Below are positions 27,621 through 41,234 of a DNA stretch of 64,000 nucleotides, one piece after another. Where the stretch lies: positions 1 through 64,000 of the forward strand of contig JALDZX010000017.1 in NCBI GenBank assembly GCA_022813865.1, in the 5' to 3' direction. Numbering within the stretch: position 1 is the first letter of the stretch; each line of letters opens with the position of its first letter. The notes beneath the pieces were generated by a model. It saw only the letters and a list, made by a program, of their open reading frames with translations, was not told the DNA's origin and ran no database searches. Made by a program: the position numbers and the translations under genes. Origin of the DNA: Xylographa opegraphella. Lineage: Eukaryota.

Positions 27621-28140
27621 TTCACGCGTACGGGTACTGTGGACTATATATTTTTCTGTTAGCCGTGTCATCTGTGAGGTAAAATAATGTCTTAAATTGG
27701 ATTCCAAATACTTCATATCATTGTGAGTGCGTAGCTTTGCCTGAAGGAGATCCTATCTAATACCTACTATGAGATTATAAGCGAAAACTCGCAGTGGTGC
27801 AAAAGGCAATCACTACAAATCTGTAGATCAGTGACGGGCACAGCTTCGAACCCTGGCAGCATTTTCTGGTATCGGACAAGCACTTCTAGCCGATGACGAG
27901 GACAAACAAATCACACACAACATTAGTACAGACAGGACACCATCCGTTAAAACCCCCGACTTTAAAAAATGCAACTCTAGCTTTGGGGGCACAAGTCTAC
28001 ATACACTAAGCACGCCGCCACCCCGACACAGTAGACCACATAAAATACATCAGGATACTCATTCAGCGACCCCACACAACGCTATGCCAAAGTCCTGTCT
28101 CGAAACAGTGCTGCCGCTCCACCGCCCCTTCATTCCCGTT

Positions 28141-31100
28141 TCACTCGAGCTTGAAGCCCACGCCTTCATCTTCCGATAGCCGAACCTCCGTGACCTCGTC
28201 CTGAGCGTCGGTAAGGATGGGAATCTCATCTTCGTCCAGCGGCCGCATCTCCGGTGTGCCGTACTGGATCTTCTCGGTTGCATCGAAATCCCGCAGCGAG
28301 CGCGCGTCCTCGTCGTCCGTCGCGCCGGTACTGGAGTTGGCGTGTACGCTGCATCCCTCGAAGAGGTTGTCGTTCATGGAGTTGTCCTCAGTCCCGCTGG
28401 TCATGTTCTCAAAGCCCCAGGCTGGAGACGTCAGGTCCGCGAGATGGTGACCGCCCGCGCTTGGTTCGTCGACCTCCATGCTCTCAAGGGTTTGCTCCCC
28501 ATCGTGGGGATTGTGAGAATAGCCTGGAGGGCTGCCGTCGCTATTGTCCTTTATCCTCGCCACCGTAGGCATCCCGTCCTGGAGACTACCTTTTCCCGTT
28601 TGGTGAGCTACTTCGGCTCCGTATAAAGCGCCCGACGACCCATTGCGGGAAAAGCCGTCGAGGCGCTTGACTTCCCCCGCCGAGACGGATGGAGACTCGG
28701 CACGGGATGGGGGTTGTGATATTGCTTCACCAGGAGGTGAATCATGCGAAGCGTGGATAATCTGCTCGAAGAAAGGTCCTCCGAGTGGTTTCGACGATCG
28801 TCGGCGATAGAAAAGAAGGTAGGCGGCTGATGTGACAACATCCTTGGCGTTTCGTCTAGATGCCATCGTATCTGCTAATCTTTAGCCACTTTCACGACGT
28901 GCTGGGATGTGAGTTGACCTACCATTGTACTCATACCAGTTTTTGTCGTAAAAATTCTGGGCAAATGCTGTATAATGACCGCCGCCAAGACCACCGTAAT
29001 GATTATCCACCGCGAATAGATCATAAATCGGGCTTTGTCCTTCATCCTTTACTGCGACCCTAGAGCTGAGATCCAAGCCCTCGATAGGGAAGTCAACCTT
29101 CACATCAAGCTTGTCTCTCAACCGCCCTTGTGCACTGAACCGCTTCAGGTGAATTACCAGTATATCAGGCGATTTCCACAGCTCAAACTTCTTGCTAGCT
29201 CTACGACGCTCTTTGCACCTTGAACAGTACCATGCATCGTTTTCCGATAGGATCTCTGACTTGCCAAATTCATCAAGACAATCGTCCAGACTGACGCCAT
29301 TGCGTTTCCGACTGAAACGTAGTTGTCGTTTCTTATCGAGCTCGGGATCGGGCAGCTTCGGTATGTTCTCCCAAGTGGGCAGTCCTCTCATGCCACTATC
29401 TTCGCCCACGTCGGATCCTCCAAATAACGCTTCATATCCTTCTGGTGCCCAGTCGAGAATGAGTGCTTCACCCAGCCCAAGTAGTGGTCCATCATTGCTG
29501 CCAGTATGTGCTCCACTCTCTCCAGATGATCTATCATCATTGTTTCGTATTGCGCCCGTCCGCTTGCCTTTATGCGAGTACGTAATTAGCTTCCCTCTAT
29601 TGCGTTGCTTAGATCTCTTCTTGAACCTACTAATTCCTCGGCTTTTGGAACTCATAATCTGTTGAACTCGAGGCAGAGCATCCGAGCCATCCGAGTCGTA
29701 GTCCTCTTCTGCTTCTGGAGAACCGAAGTTGTTCACAGTAGGTGGTAGGTCCTCTGTGTCCTCTTCACTGGAAGATGGACTGCCGTTGTTCTGAATTCGC
29801 ATTTGGAACTCTTCTCTTGAAGTAAGCTTAGACTTCACTGCCACAGGTGCAGAGACCCGAGAATAAAGAGTAGGATACTCTTTGCTCTCGTCCTGAAGAG
29901 CATTCCATCCTGTTGGAATCATCTCTTGGCCTTTAAAGTACTTGATCTCGAACATTGATCGGAATGCCTCCGGAATGACTGCTCCAGGTTGAAGAATCTG
30001 TGGTAATGCACGTGGAGTCCGCGGTCTAGGAGGATAGGATATGCGAGATGCGGGCTGGGGTGCATCTCCAGCTTCTTTCATCGATATATCTACCAAACCC
30101 TCTTCGCTATGAATGGATGTTGCTTGAACCTTCGAGTCGGATAAGGAATCAGCATCGTCAGTTGTCATCAGAACGGTATCGGAATCTTGTTGAGTCTCGG
30201 ACTCTTCATCAGACTGAGTGCCATCTTCTGAGAGGAAAGGTCGTGTTGTCATAGTCGCAACCTTAGCCAGTACTTTACGCAGAATAGAGTCTTCGTTCTT
30301 TGCTTCCTCTCGAGTAATGATAATATATGACGGAACGCCGACAACTGCCTTCTGTTGAAATCTAGAACTACCGTCCTTCGTCACCCGATTGAACACGGTA
30401 ACCAGCATTTTGTCAGCTAGAGGTGAATCGCCGGTGGGCAGATCCTCTTCTTCGTCGGAATTGTTATAGGACATCATATTCCTTGACTTGGTTTTTTTCT
30501 TCTTCGGAGCTGGGAAGTTCGTGGGAATATCCTCTAGCTCGAATATTGCTATCGTGTCAGCTTCGGCAATTCGTTCATCATTTATGCATTTTTTGTCATC
30601 AAAGACCTTGAAGAAGCGATTTTTGTAGATTTCAGCAATGATCAGCTTTTTAGGGTGCGTATTGACCTTCGCAGAAACATATTCTTTGAGCTCGCCAAAT
30701 GTAGCATTCTTGTCAATATCTATATCGATCCGTATCGGTCGGTCGTGTAAGGGGAAGAAGAATAGTGTTCGGGACCAGAGACTTTCAATGGGTAATTGTA
30801 GAGTAAGGTTGTTGAAAGGATCAAAGATGATGCTGACTTTGTCACAGACTGGACAGACGACAGTGGACTTGTACATTCCCGCAAAAAGATCCGTGACCAC
30901 GGAGTCGCTTCGTGCCTTGTAGATTTCCCAGCATTTATCTGCCATTTCAAGAAGTGCAACAGGGTTGGTAACCATTTCATCAGTAGAATCAGGTTTCTCT
31001 ATATAGGGCTTTTTGTGTATCCGATTCAAATCTTCTTGTAGCCCGTCCAAGAGGAAGAGTAGAAACTCCTGAGAATCCTGCTGGCCGTACCCTGAGAAGG

Positions 31101-33330
31101 AAGGGCCATACTTGCCGATTATTTGTTTGAAATTGCGTGGCGAGAAGGAGGAATTGGAGTTCTCATTGTAGAGCTCCTTCAGCAATGACGCATATGCTTT
31201 TGCAATCTCACCATTATAGGCGAGAGGGTTGCGAGGATTCAGCTCATCCTTCCACTTGTCCTCTATACTGAAAATTAGAAGGTCGCGTCTTTATATGATA
31301 GGGTCCTCTTGTGACTTACGCAGGAAATACATCGTCAGCTCCTCAACGCTCCTTACACATTGCAATGCAGAATTCATGTAACAGGTATTGCCCAGGTTTC
31401 CCAATCCCACAGTCCCCCTTGTTCTGCCATTCTTTTGAGCACGTCCTCGGGTCATTATACCACCAGATAAAGCTGGACTTGTGCGTCCGCTACTTGTGTT
31501 TGCTTTGGGTTTCAGCATGTTGTTGGCTATGGATGTCGCACCATTCTTGGTTATGCTGACAGGTACACCATTCCTCTCAGCAAGCGTCCCCGCGACATCG
31601 GACACCCACTCCCCACCCGCTGGGCCTCCAATTTGCTCTTCGAGGACAATAACACCTTCTTGACCAAGACCGACAAGGTGAAGGCTGGATTTGCCATTAT
31701 AGTTGTTGTTCATGGTCTCATCTTTCAGGTCTATTAATTCTCGTTGGGAACCTATCTCTAAAGACAAGAATACAGAGACGTCGACGACCAGTGTACTCCC
31801 TGGATAGATTGAAACCGCAATATTTGGAGCTGGCGACGCACTTCGAGACTGTGCTGGTGTGAGCATACCGGCTTGTGATCCTAGCTTTAGATCGCTCAGG
31901 ATCCTCCACACACGAACACGTGTTTTCATATCAATGTCGGCAGATTTTTTGGCGCGCTTCAGAAAAGCCTGATAACTTTCATGGCGGTTCGCGAGGATCT
32001 TGACAGGAGAAAGGTCTCTTTCTCTTAAACTTTTCGCCGTCACGCCGTTGCTCCGATCTGGAAGTTTGAGAAGCGTAAAAATCGGGGGATTCAGTTCATA
32101 TTGGATGTTGGTTTGTGTCTCGCTTGTGCTGGTATTATGGCAATATCTGATGATCACTGGCGATCCTTCTGCTAAGCCATACCACTTCATTACAAGCTCC
32201 CAGGCCTCCGTCGGGAGTATCTGGAAATCGGTTCCCAGTTGAAGACCAGGCTTCAGTTGTACGAACGGCTCTCCCTCCTCGTCTTTGAAGTTCGTTGAAG
32301 ATGGATCTGTGATCATGTTCATCCCGGAATTATCCACAGGTCCAATCTCCCCTTCCCTCAAGGCCTTTGTTTGCTTCGCACCCATTTGTGGCTGTGAGCC
32401 GCGTGCTGTTACTCTTTCCAGCCACTTCATAGAAACGATATAGCCTCTTTGACCATCCTGCAATTCCTGCTCTATCAAAGTTGTAACTTTGGAAATCTGT
32501 TCATCGATGGAAGGAAGTGGGCCCTTGGGATTCACTTGTCTCGGATTGATTTGCTGTGGGTGCATCTCTCTGGGCGTAATTGTTGTAGTACCTAGTATTC
32601 TTGGCTTCGTGATTGATGAGCTTGAAACAGAAACACCGCTTTGAGGCGTAAGATATGCACCGGTAGATGGGATTTCACTCAAATCTTCAGCCACGTTATC
32701 ATCGTCATTCTCTTCCGAAGCCTCGCCATTTTCGCAAGTCCCGAGCATATCAACGGATTGTCCCCTTCTGTGTCCATATTCACGGCTATTCCCGTCCGGA
32801 TCCGCCATCGTTGAATCGCTCATCGGCTCCATTGCAGAAGGCGCCGACCCATCAGTATGATCGACATCCTCAATATGCTGTATTTCCATTTCAGACCTCA
32901 ACCGCTTGGCGGGTGAAGACGACCGTGCCTGATTTGCGATGCCGCCCAAGATACTTTTACTTGCCGAAAGCCTTGTAGTATCGGTGTATCCTGTGTTGTC
33001 TGCTACTATCCCCTCTCCACCCCTGCCTTCACTGTCTAAGGTCAAGCCAGCGTATGCACCACTCGGTGAACTCGCTGCCGTGCTGGAAATATCAGGTGTA
33101 GGCGACCGCCTCGCCAGACTTTCCTCCGTCAAGAGATGTGGTGGTATTGGACGAGGCAACGACGGAGATGTAGGTTTGAGGTCTTGTGATCCAGATTGAT
33201 TGTGAGATCCCGTAGGTGCTGAGCTTTCTTCGGATATGTCGGGCTTCGAAAGCTTACGCTTCTTGTTGGAAGACGTGATGTCTGTCAGCTGCCCCAGCGG
33301 TGGCAGCTCCGAATGGCTTTCTGAATAAGA
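28141..33330 (-). CDS. UBP12: Ubiquitin C-terminal hydrolase, Ubp12/USP4-15-like (DUSP plus split USP domain)
   Basis: Cys box GTVGLGNLGNTCYMNSALQC, QQDSQEFLLFLLDGLQEDLNRI, WYCSRCKE, His box NHYGGLGGGHYTAFA and SAAYLLFYRRR. DUSP-like GYIVSMKWL..GPVDNS. The 5' end is uncertain. Confidence 0.93.
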
Positions 33331-33746
33331 AGTAGGCAGAAATTTGAGTCAAAGGGTCGGTGCAACATGGAATCTGTCAAGGTGACGCTTTCCGCTGGAT
33401 GAATATGATTTATTTTTGTGCATTTATTGCAGCTGCTAGGATGTCAGGTACGATCGACAATTTCGCGTCGAGCCTGTAAGGTTATAGGTCGAAGAATCTT
33501 TCAAAAAGGGGCGCAGAATCCGTTTCCGAGCTGGTACACGTAATAAATGGTAATCAAGTATAATGTAAGAGAAGAATCGAATGTCAACTATCGATGGTTT
33601 TTTCATTGCTAATGTCTACAGAGTCTCATTCACTGCTCCCAGGGTATACGGCTGTTCGACCCCAAGACACCTTCCCAGATGCAAACCCCACCAACTATAC
33701 GCTGCCTATAAAACACTGTAACTTCCGCATTGTCCTCCGCTCCGCC

Positions 33747-34739
33747 TTATATCATGCAAGCGCTCGCAAAACCTACAAGGGCCAACAAGGCTGAAAGTCT
33801 CAGCCTGATTGCTGCACCACTCGAAGTGTTTGCAGGCTGACTGGCAGCCACGGTTGACGACGCCGCTCCAACTCTGGATAGGGTTCCAGAGTCACCACCT
33901 GCTGTAGATTTTGAGGTCCCGCTATTGGGACCCATAGTTCCAGTTGTGGTTGCAGAAACTGCCACATACAATGAAGTTGAGGTAAAGTATAAGCTAACCT
34001 GAGTCGAATTTCCCAGGACGTTTGAACCCCCAGTGCTTGTACCGATCCTGATACCACTCGATGCAGACCAATCCCCCAAGAATTCTTCCAGACCTTGTGT
34101 AGGTGTTGGTATAGCACAGTACGAAGACGATTGGGCTGTGATCCATGCAGTCGGGTACCATCCGTCACCATCTGGTTGACCGTGGAGTCGTTCACAGTCG
34201 AAGCATCTATCGCAATCCTTGGTTAGTCATCCATTTTTGCCTTTGTCCTACAGCAAGCTGGGGTGTAGAAAGGGCGACTGGACGTACCCTGCTAGATACT
34301 CAAAGAACAAAGCTCCCTTCCCATTCGCGTCACAATAGCAAGATTGTTGATCGGCCGGACTCTGCTGATCTACTCCTTCATCCACGTCCTCATCTCCGTA
34401 GTTGCAAATGGCGCTCACATTGGCAATCTGATTGCATGGTGCGTCCACAAATGGATTGCCCGCAGCATCGCTCGGAAAGCATAGAGCATCGATACCAACG
34501 CTAACAGACGCCGATGCCGGAGCAGATGACGCTGCGAAAGTACTGTCAGACAATGATTGAGTCTCAGTCGGAGAACCGCCTCCAAATAATGACGACGCAG
34601 TCACTGATAAACCTCCGAACAAAGACTGAGAGACCGTTGCAGATAGTGTCTCGGTCTCCAACGGTGCTGTGGGCCCAGCTCGACAGAGTCTGTTCGCCTT
34701 GGAAAGGACGAAGAGGACCAGAAAGCTGTAAGGTGGCAT
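33747..34739 (-). CDS. Secreted Ser/Thr-rich, Cys-containing, probably GPI-anchored protein, 2 exons
   Basis: Signal-like MPPYSFLVLFVLS. Cys block (LCFP..APCNQI...IC...QQSCYC..FFEYLAGCFDCERLHG). Hydrophobic tail SSGAAIRLRLSALLALVGFASACMI. Confidence 0.8.
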
Positions 34740-35349
34740 GAGGCCGTGTGTAGGAGTGTAATTCAGAAATCTTGTTACATCAATCAAGATGCAAAGAAGA
34801 GCAAGAAAAGAACATTGGACACTGGCTTAAGTCCGGTAGGGTACAGGCATGTCCAGGCCAGGAAATGGAGCTCGAAGTATGATTTTGTACCACCGTGAGC
34901 CTGTCTAGACAGATAATTCTAATCAGATGAGGGAGTTCCATTCCCCGCCCAAAGTCGTTGAACACAATGATCTTCTATCAATAGGAAGCCAAGGAGCTAT
35001 TAAGTGCGCTAGAGCGAGTGTCGAGATCCGATTCGCTGTTTCGGTCTTCTAGACCCTCTGCCAAGCCCTCAATCAACGGAGCTAACCTTAGTGACCTCCT
35101 TGATTAGGATACCTATTCATACTGCGTACAACTGCGAAACGCGATAATCATGTATAAGTTAGAGGCCAAGTGATCACTGCAACATAAAGCTGGCTTACTC
35201 ATTACCTTACTCGGTATGCACATTACTCTATACACGCTATTGTATACACGTTGATTTACATAGTGACCTCATCCTTCCAGCCTATGCCTCGATCAAGAAC
35301 CAGCAGTCACAACAACAAGCCAAGAAAACTAATGGACGGAATCACCCTA

Positions 35350-36954
35350 ACACTTCTGCTGTATCGTATCGACAGATGAGCGCGCCAGCCTTCCAGCTTC
35401 GACTGTAGTCACAACTTACACAAATGCATCGTTTCCGATGTCAGCTTGCGTCTCGAAGTCCGTTCGTGCAACGACGTGCATCAAACACAGATTATCTGGA
35501 CTCTGACTGCCATAGATTGCGCTTGCTGTATAAGCAGTGGCCCCGTTCCAGCTCATATACACAGATGTAGTGCCATTACTGAACGCGCTCGTGCAAGCAT
35601 GGGGCAACGTGTTTGGCGCGCCCAGCCATGCTTGACGGAAAGGTCTGCAGGAGAGAGTGACGTTGGCGTAGCTAATAGTGGCGGCGTACACTTCGGTGCC
35701 TGTAGCGACTAACTCGACAAGCTGCGGGATATGGCCATGGCCGAGAAACACATGGCCATTACTTAATGGTTGATGTCTGCCCATAAACAACGAGTAGATT
35801 TCGCTTCTGGGTTGAAGAGACTCGACTGAAGCACGGCTTGTCGGGTGTGTAGGTCTAGCTTTAGGACTAGACCCGTTGTAGGTCCCAAACTGGTTCCGAG
35901 GTCGTCTTTGTTGTTATTGTGCATATGCAGTAGTAGGCCGTTCGCCTCCGATGTTTCAGCGCGGACGTGGTGCTGATAAACACAATTGCGTGCCGTATCC
36001 AAGCCTGAATTCACCCCCATTTTGGCCCTGTAAAGCGCGTCGTCAGTCAACATTTTTAAAAATGCGATTCAAATGTGGATTTTCCTGTAGATGCCAGCCG
36101 ACGTTTCCTATTGAGTTTATACTGTACACAGAGCAGTTGTATGTGGATGGCACAATGTAGTCATTTCCAAAACGTTGGACTGAATTCATGACGAAATAGT
36201 TCCGTGGTATTGATTGGTTGTAGCCTGTTCCATGCAACGGATATAGGGATTGGTTGAACAGAAGTTCCTCGATGTGATCATACGTGGTCCATGAACTTCA
36301 ATTCATTGGTCTCGATATCAATCTCATAAAGTAGGCGGTCCAATATCCAACCATATTTGGCGCCTCCGACAAAGCGTAAGTTGGCTGTTGTCACATTTAT
36401 TGCAACAGCAATTATCGTTCCACTATCTGTGATGAAATCCTCGTGTACATCCAGGGAAGACTCATAAGTGGTGTTATCGGCTGTAAGAAACGAGCCTGGA
36501 CCAAGAGAAATGCGATGAATCTCAGTGTAGGGGTTCTCAAGAATGCTAATAGCTCCGTATCCTCGCTTTCGAGAGACGTTGGCGAAAACCCCATTCCAAT
36601 AGGTCTATTGTTCGTTGTTTCCGAGCTTCTGCGCCTGGAAACCAAGAGCTGCTCTTCGATACGATTGGACTGGGCCATACCAGACTGATTGACCATCATC
36701 AGACATGATCAATGGTCCAGATATGGTTGGCAGCGATCCTAAGCGAGCGAGGAACAAAATCCCTTGTTCTGTTGGTCTACACTTGGAGATATCCAGTGCT
36801 GGTGGAGGTAAAGTTGGTCGTCATGAAGCTCTGAACTGGCTATGGCGGGCCGATATTCGTCTGTTGAACAGTAATATTTATTGTATGACAGGTAACGCTG
36901 TACTGGAAGTTATAAAGTAGCAAGCACAAACAACAATAGCCAGGAGGTGCCCAT
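35350..36954 (-). pseudogene. Decayed fungal arylsulfotransferase (ASST-like)
   Basis: Fragments in several frames: GPLIMSDDGQSVWYG, FQAQ..*TYWNG (stop 36605-36607), NYFVMNSVQRFGNDYIV, YQHHVR, LSNGHVFLGHG, FRQAWLGAP and VYMSWNGAT. Overlapping ORFs imply frameshifts. Confidence 0.75.
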
Positions 36955-37447
36955 GATACCACATATTGTGGATTTAGTACCGCGAAGCGGAAGATTGTGG
37001 TTGACCTTCGGATACATTGTAGAAAGCATACTGTATGCCACAATGATGCTTGACTCGTACCAGGTAGCATTGAGGCACTCATGCTTGACATATGAGTTGG
37101 CGTGATTTCCTTGACGCCGGAGTGTTTTCTAAGTCCCACGGAACTCGGCAAGGGCGTCAAAAATCCATAGCAGTCCCACACGAATTGACAAGACTGCCAA
37201 ACAAGTCTTCCTTCTTGCGATCCACTGAGCATTAGTTTGGTCATAGCAGTTCGCGATGATTGGCCGAGCATGCGGAACCTGTAGGCTGTAATTCTCATTG
37301 CCAGATGAAGCAACGGGTTGTGGCGATAAATCCGACATGCAAACCTTGCGCTGTAGTAGGATGTTCTCGCAATTTGGCGGCGGAAGTGCGGTGATTTCCC
37401 ACACACAAAACCACCAAATGAGAGCCCTTTCATGAGTGGAGAATACA

Positions 37448-39819
37448 CTAGGCTCTCAGGTCACCCAACACCCAGCGACTACTTTCTTCAGTAGATAGCC
37501 CATTTCCATCGTTTGATAAGAGCTGGGCCCAATCCGTGAAAAGAGTATCGTTAAACATATCATCGGAGTTTGAAATCGATGCCAGGTTTGTTGCCAGAAC
37601 TTCTTCCAGTGATTGGTCCGTCATGTCTTTAGACTCGAAAGAGAGAGGTGTAGCTTCGCTGCTAGCCTGGGAGGCATATATTGCCCTGCAGCTGGGTATG
37701 TATATGCATTGCATTGAAAGCACAGGCGTGGCTGGAGAAATGGTTACCTGCCTGTTTTCCAGCTCGGTCGTATGAGCTATTGGCTCATTCGTGAATCCGT
37801 CTGGGCTATTGCAACCACTCTCTTTCTTAATAAGGGCGCACGATGGACAGAGCCCGATCCGTTCTTCCTTATTGTACCAGGATTTAAGTCTTACAATAAT
37901 TGCCAAAAATATGGTAACGACCCGGGCTTTGTTGGTTTCTGCCGCGATACCGAGGTGGGACACAAGTTTTTCCAGATTATGAGATACCTGGAGATCCTCA
38001 TAACTGATGATATTTCCATTGCCACAGCCAGCAGAGGTGACAGCAACAGATAATTTAATAAGTATGGTCATGGCATATGTCATGCGCACATAAGCAACGG
38101 TCGGTAATAGACGCAGTACTTGACCATCAATTTGTAGAAACGAGTTTATGAGATCTTGTGCTGCACTGGAACATGCTGAAAGAGCTTCAATGTAAGTGGC
38201 GGGTGGATCTGCGGATCTGCTAGGGCTTATAGCAGTTTTCACCAAATACGGTGGCTGAAATTCCTCCATGTCGTAGTATGAATACATAGATATCGTGTGC
38301 ATATGGAGTTTACAGTAAAAATAGTAGATTTCCAGAGATTCTGCTCTATAGTTTAGCTTCTTCATCGCAGGCTAGAGGCACCCACCAACTTACGATCCAT
38401 CACATCAGGCACAAAACTTCCTCTCAATTTCTCCAATTGGTCGCTAAAGGTTCTGAGCATATGCCGAATTCGTGGTTCGACCAAGCTGACAGTAACATTG
38501 TAGACGTCAAACGCAAAGGCAGTTCTAAACTCCTCCATCACGTGGGAAAGGCGAGCCCACGCAGCAAGTCTCCTATCCGGTAATGGTGCCTCCCACGAGT
38601 AGTCAAGCATGTTGACACATTCGGAAATCCACTCCGAGAAAGGTAACATACTTGGACGACATAGCCCAAGCGAAACACTATGCAAAGAAGTCAGTACAAC
38701 ACATTACCAAAAAGGACGTTACTGATTTTACCCGGAACACTTGATATAGCAGGAAACAATTGCCCTGCATCCTTCATAACCATTACGTCTCAGCGGTGAG
38801 CCATTCAGTGAAACAGAAGGCCAAGATCCCACTACATAACGAGAACTGGTGAAATTCGAACTATCATGCTTTGCGAGAGACGTAGAACGACTGGAGTCGC
38901 CCGTCTTTTTGCCCAAGCCGATCTCCAGCGCCATAGTAGCGGTCATGTGAATAAGCTGGTAGAACTTTGCTTCGTCATATTTGGCAGATGGATGACTCCA
39001 GCTAGTTGTGATCAGTAGAGCTTGGACGAGCTCAAGTGATTTATCCCCTTTCATGAAGACACGGTCGGCAAATACTTGTCTCAGCTCCGTGGTAAGCCGG
39101 GTATTGAGTATGCCGTCTACCGTACTAGATGCCGCAGTAATCACAGCCAAAAAGAGGACCGGTTTCTCCAGTCTGACGTTGTCGACTGTTGCGTCCTCCG
39201 GTAGAATGACATCAGGAGAAAGTGAAGACATCTGGTCAACATAGATATCGAAAAGGAAAGAAGCCTCGATCATCGACAAGAGACCACGAGAGACAACGTC
39301 TAACTGAGGAAAAGTGCGTGGTGCATTATCATCAATCATTCCAAAAGGAGCTACTTCGTCCTGCTCAAGAACAGATGATCTAGAGCTTGACCACTGGTGA
39401 GCCGTGGCATCCACGGGAAACGTTTTATTCGTTTTTGAGGAAATGGTTGAAAGCTTCGAAGCTGCCTTCTCCTCAGTCAAACTCGCCTGCAGAACGTTTT
39501 TCCCAGTACCGGCGTTTTCTTGAATGCTCGAGTCGTCATCTGCGCTTCCATGGAGCGCAGTGCTCAAAGCTTTCACTGTTTGCTCGAGCTCCGCCACCCT
39601 AGCATCGGTGCGTTTCCGTCGCTTTCTCAGGCTGGGATCTGAATATACGCAAGCCCGCTTTGCAAACAAACAAGGTTTACAAGACACATCGGAGAAAGAA
39701 CGGTCCTGCAAGCAGCGTATTTTGCGAGCTCGACAGGCCTCACACGCTCTTGACACCCACTTATCTGCTATTCCTACGCTAAAGCCCAGTACAACTTGTG
39801 GATTCAGATTCGTTTGCAT
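37448..39819 (-). CDS. Zn(II)2Cys6 fungal transcription factor, 3 exons
   Basis: RACEACRARKIRC...CKPCLFAKRACVY, TDARVAELE and a middle homology region (KPVLFLAVI, KSLELVQALL, ATMALEIGLG). Confidence 0.92.
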
Positions 39820-40143
39820 AATAGTAAATTATTGATACCGCGGCTCTTGATATTACGGAAATTGCAGCGTCGATTGTTGTTTCCTGGAGAAAATGGAATT
39901 CCAACTGTATCATGCTTATATAAGAAAGCATGGGTTCTCCTGAATTCCGAATGTGTGGGTCATACATTTCTGGAGCGGATAGTTTTATCGGCTGCCCTAA
40001 TCGCAAGCCACTCCTCAGGCTAAAAGCTGTCAAGCTAACTTCAGCGGCTCATCCCAATTATGCCTCTCCTGTATTTCCAAGCACAAGCAACCGTTGCAAC
40101 AGCTCACATATTTCCTTGCAAAGCCCAGTAGAATTTTGTAAGC

Positions 40144-41096
40144 ATGTCGCGCCCCGACTACCAACGGACCTCCTCCACAAACCTCCTCAGTTCCAGCGGC
40201 GCCCGTCCTCTCGAAGGCAAGGTTGCCATCGTCACCGGAGGCTCTCGAGGTACCTTTCCCATTCCTCTCTATCTGCACCACTAATTGCCGCAGGAATCGG
40301 CGCCGCAGTAGCCCGCAACCTCGCTTCCAAAGGCTGTCATGTCGTCCTCAACTATACATCCGACTCCTCGTCCTCGAAAGCCGACACCATCGCCTCCGAG
40401 ATCCGCTCCACGCACAACGTGACCGCCCTGCCCATTCAGGCCGACATGGGCGACCCAGCGGGACCAGGACACCTGATCGCCCTCACGAAAAACCACTTCT
40501 CGCACCCCAAGACCGGAAAGTTCCAAATCGACATCCTCGTCAATAATGCCGGGGTATCGGATTTTGAGCTCATCCAGGACACCAAGATCGAGACCTTCCA
40601 AAGGCAGTATGCTATCAACGTGCTCGGCCCCCTGTTGCTCGTGCAGGCTGCGATGCCTTACCTCCCGCACGACCGCTCTGGCCGCATCGTCAATGTCTCC
40701 TCCGTGTCGTCGTCAATTGGCTGTGAAGGGCAAAGCGTATACGGTGGCACCAAAGCGGCGCTGGAGGCGATGACGCGGACATGGGCGCGGGAGCTGTCGG
40801 AGCGCTGCACCGTCAATGCCATCAACCCAGGCCCGGTGGCAACGGACATGTATGCTGTTGTTCCCGGTACGCCGTTTGAAGCGAGCAATAAGCCGTTCGT
40901 AGAGAGCACACCATTGGCGAAAGTGAGGCCGGAGATTGATGGCGAGGAGCTGGTAAAGTATGCGCAGAATGCGGGAGGGAGGCCGGCCTATGATCATGAG
41001 GTCGCTGGAATAGTGGGGATGTTGTGCACGGCGGACGGGGCGTGGTGCACAGGGAGTACGGTGTGCGCGAATGGAGGCTTCAAATTTACGTATTAG
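40144..41096 (+). CDS. Short-chain dehydrogenase/reductase, 2 exons
   Basis: LEGKVAIVTGGSRGIG across intron about 40250-40293. Motifs DILVNNAG, GRIVNVSS, YGGTK and VNAINPGPVATDM. Confidence 0.95.
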
Positions 41097-41234
41097 AAAA
41101 TACATATTAACGTTAGATGACTAATAGACCAGGATTTTGTTCGGTGTATATCCAATTTGGCTAAGGGGTCCGTGTCTAGGTTCTTAGCTCGTTGCTAATT
41201 CCATAAAAATCTACATAATCCAAGACTGTTCGTC

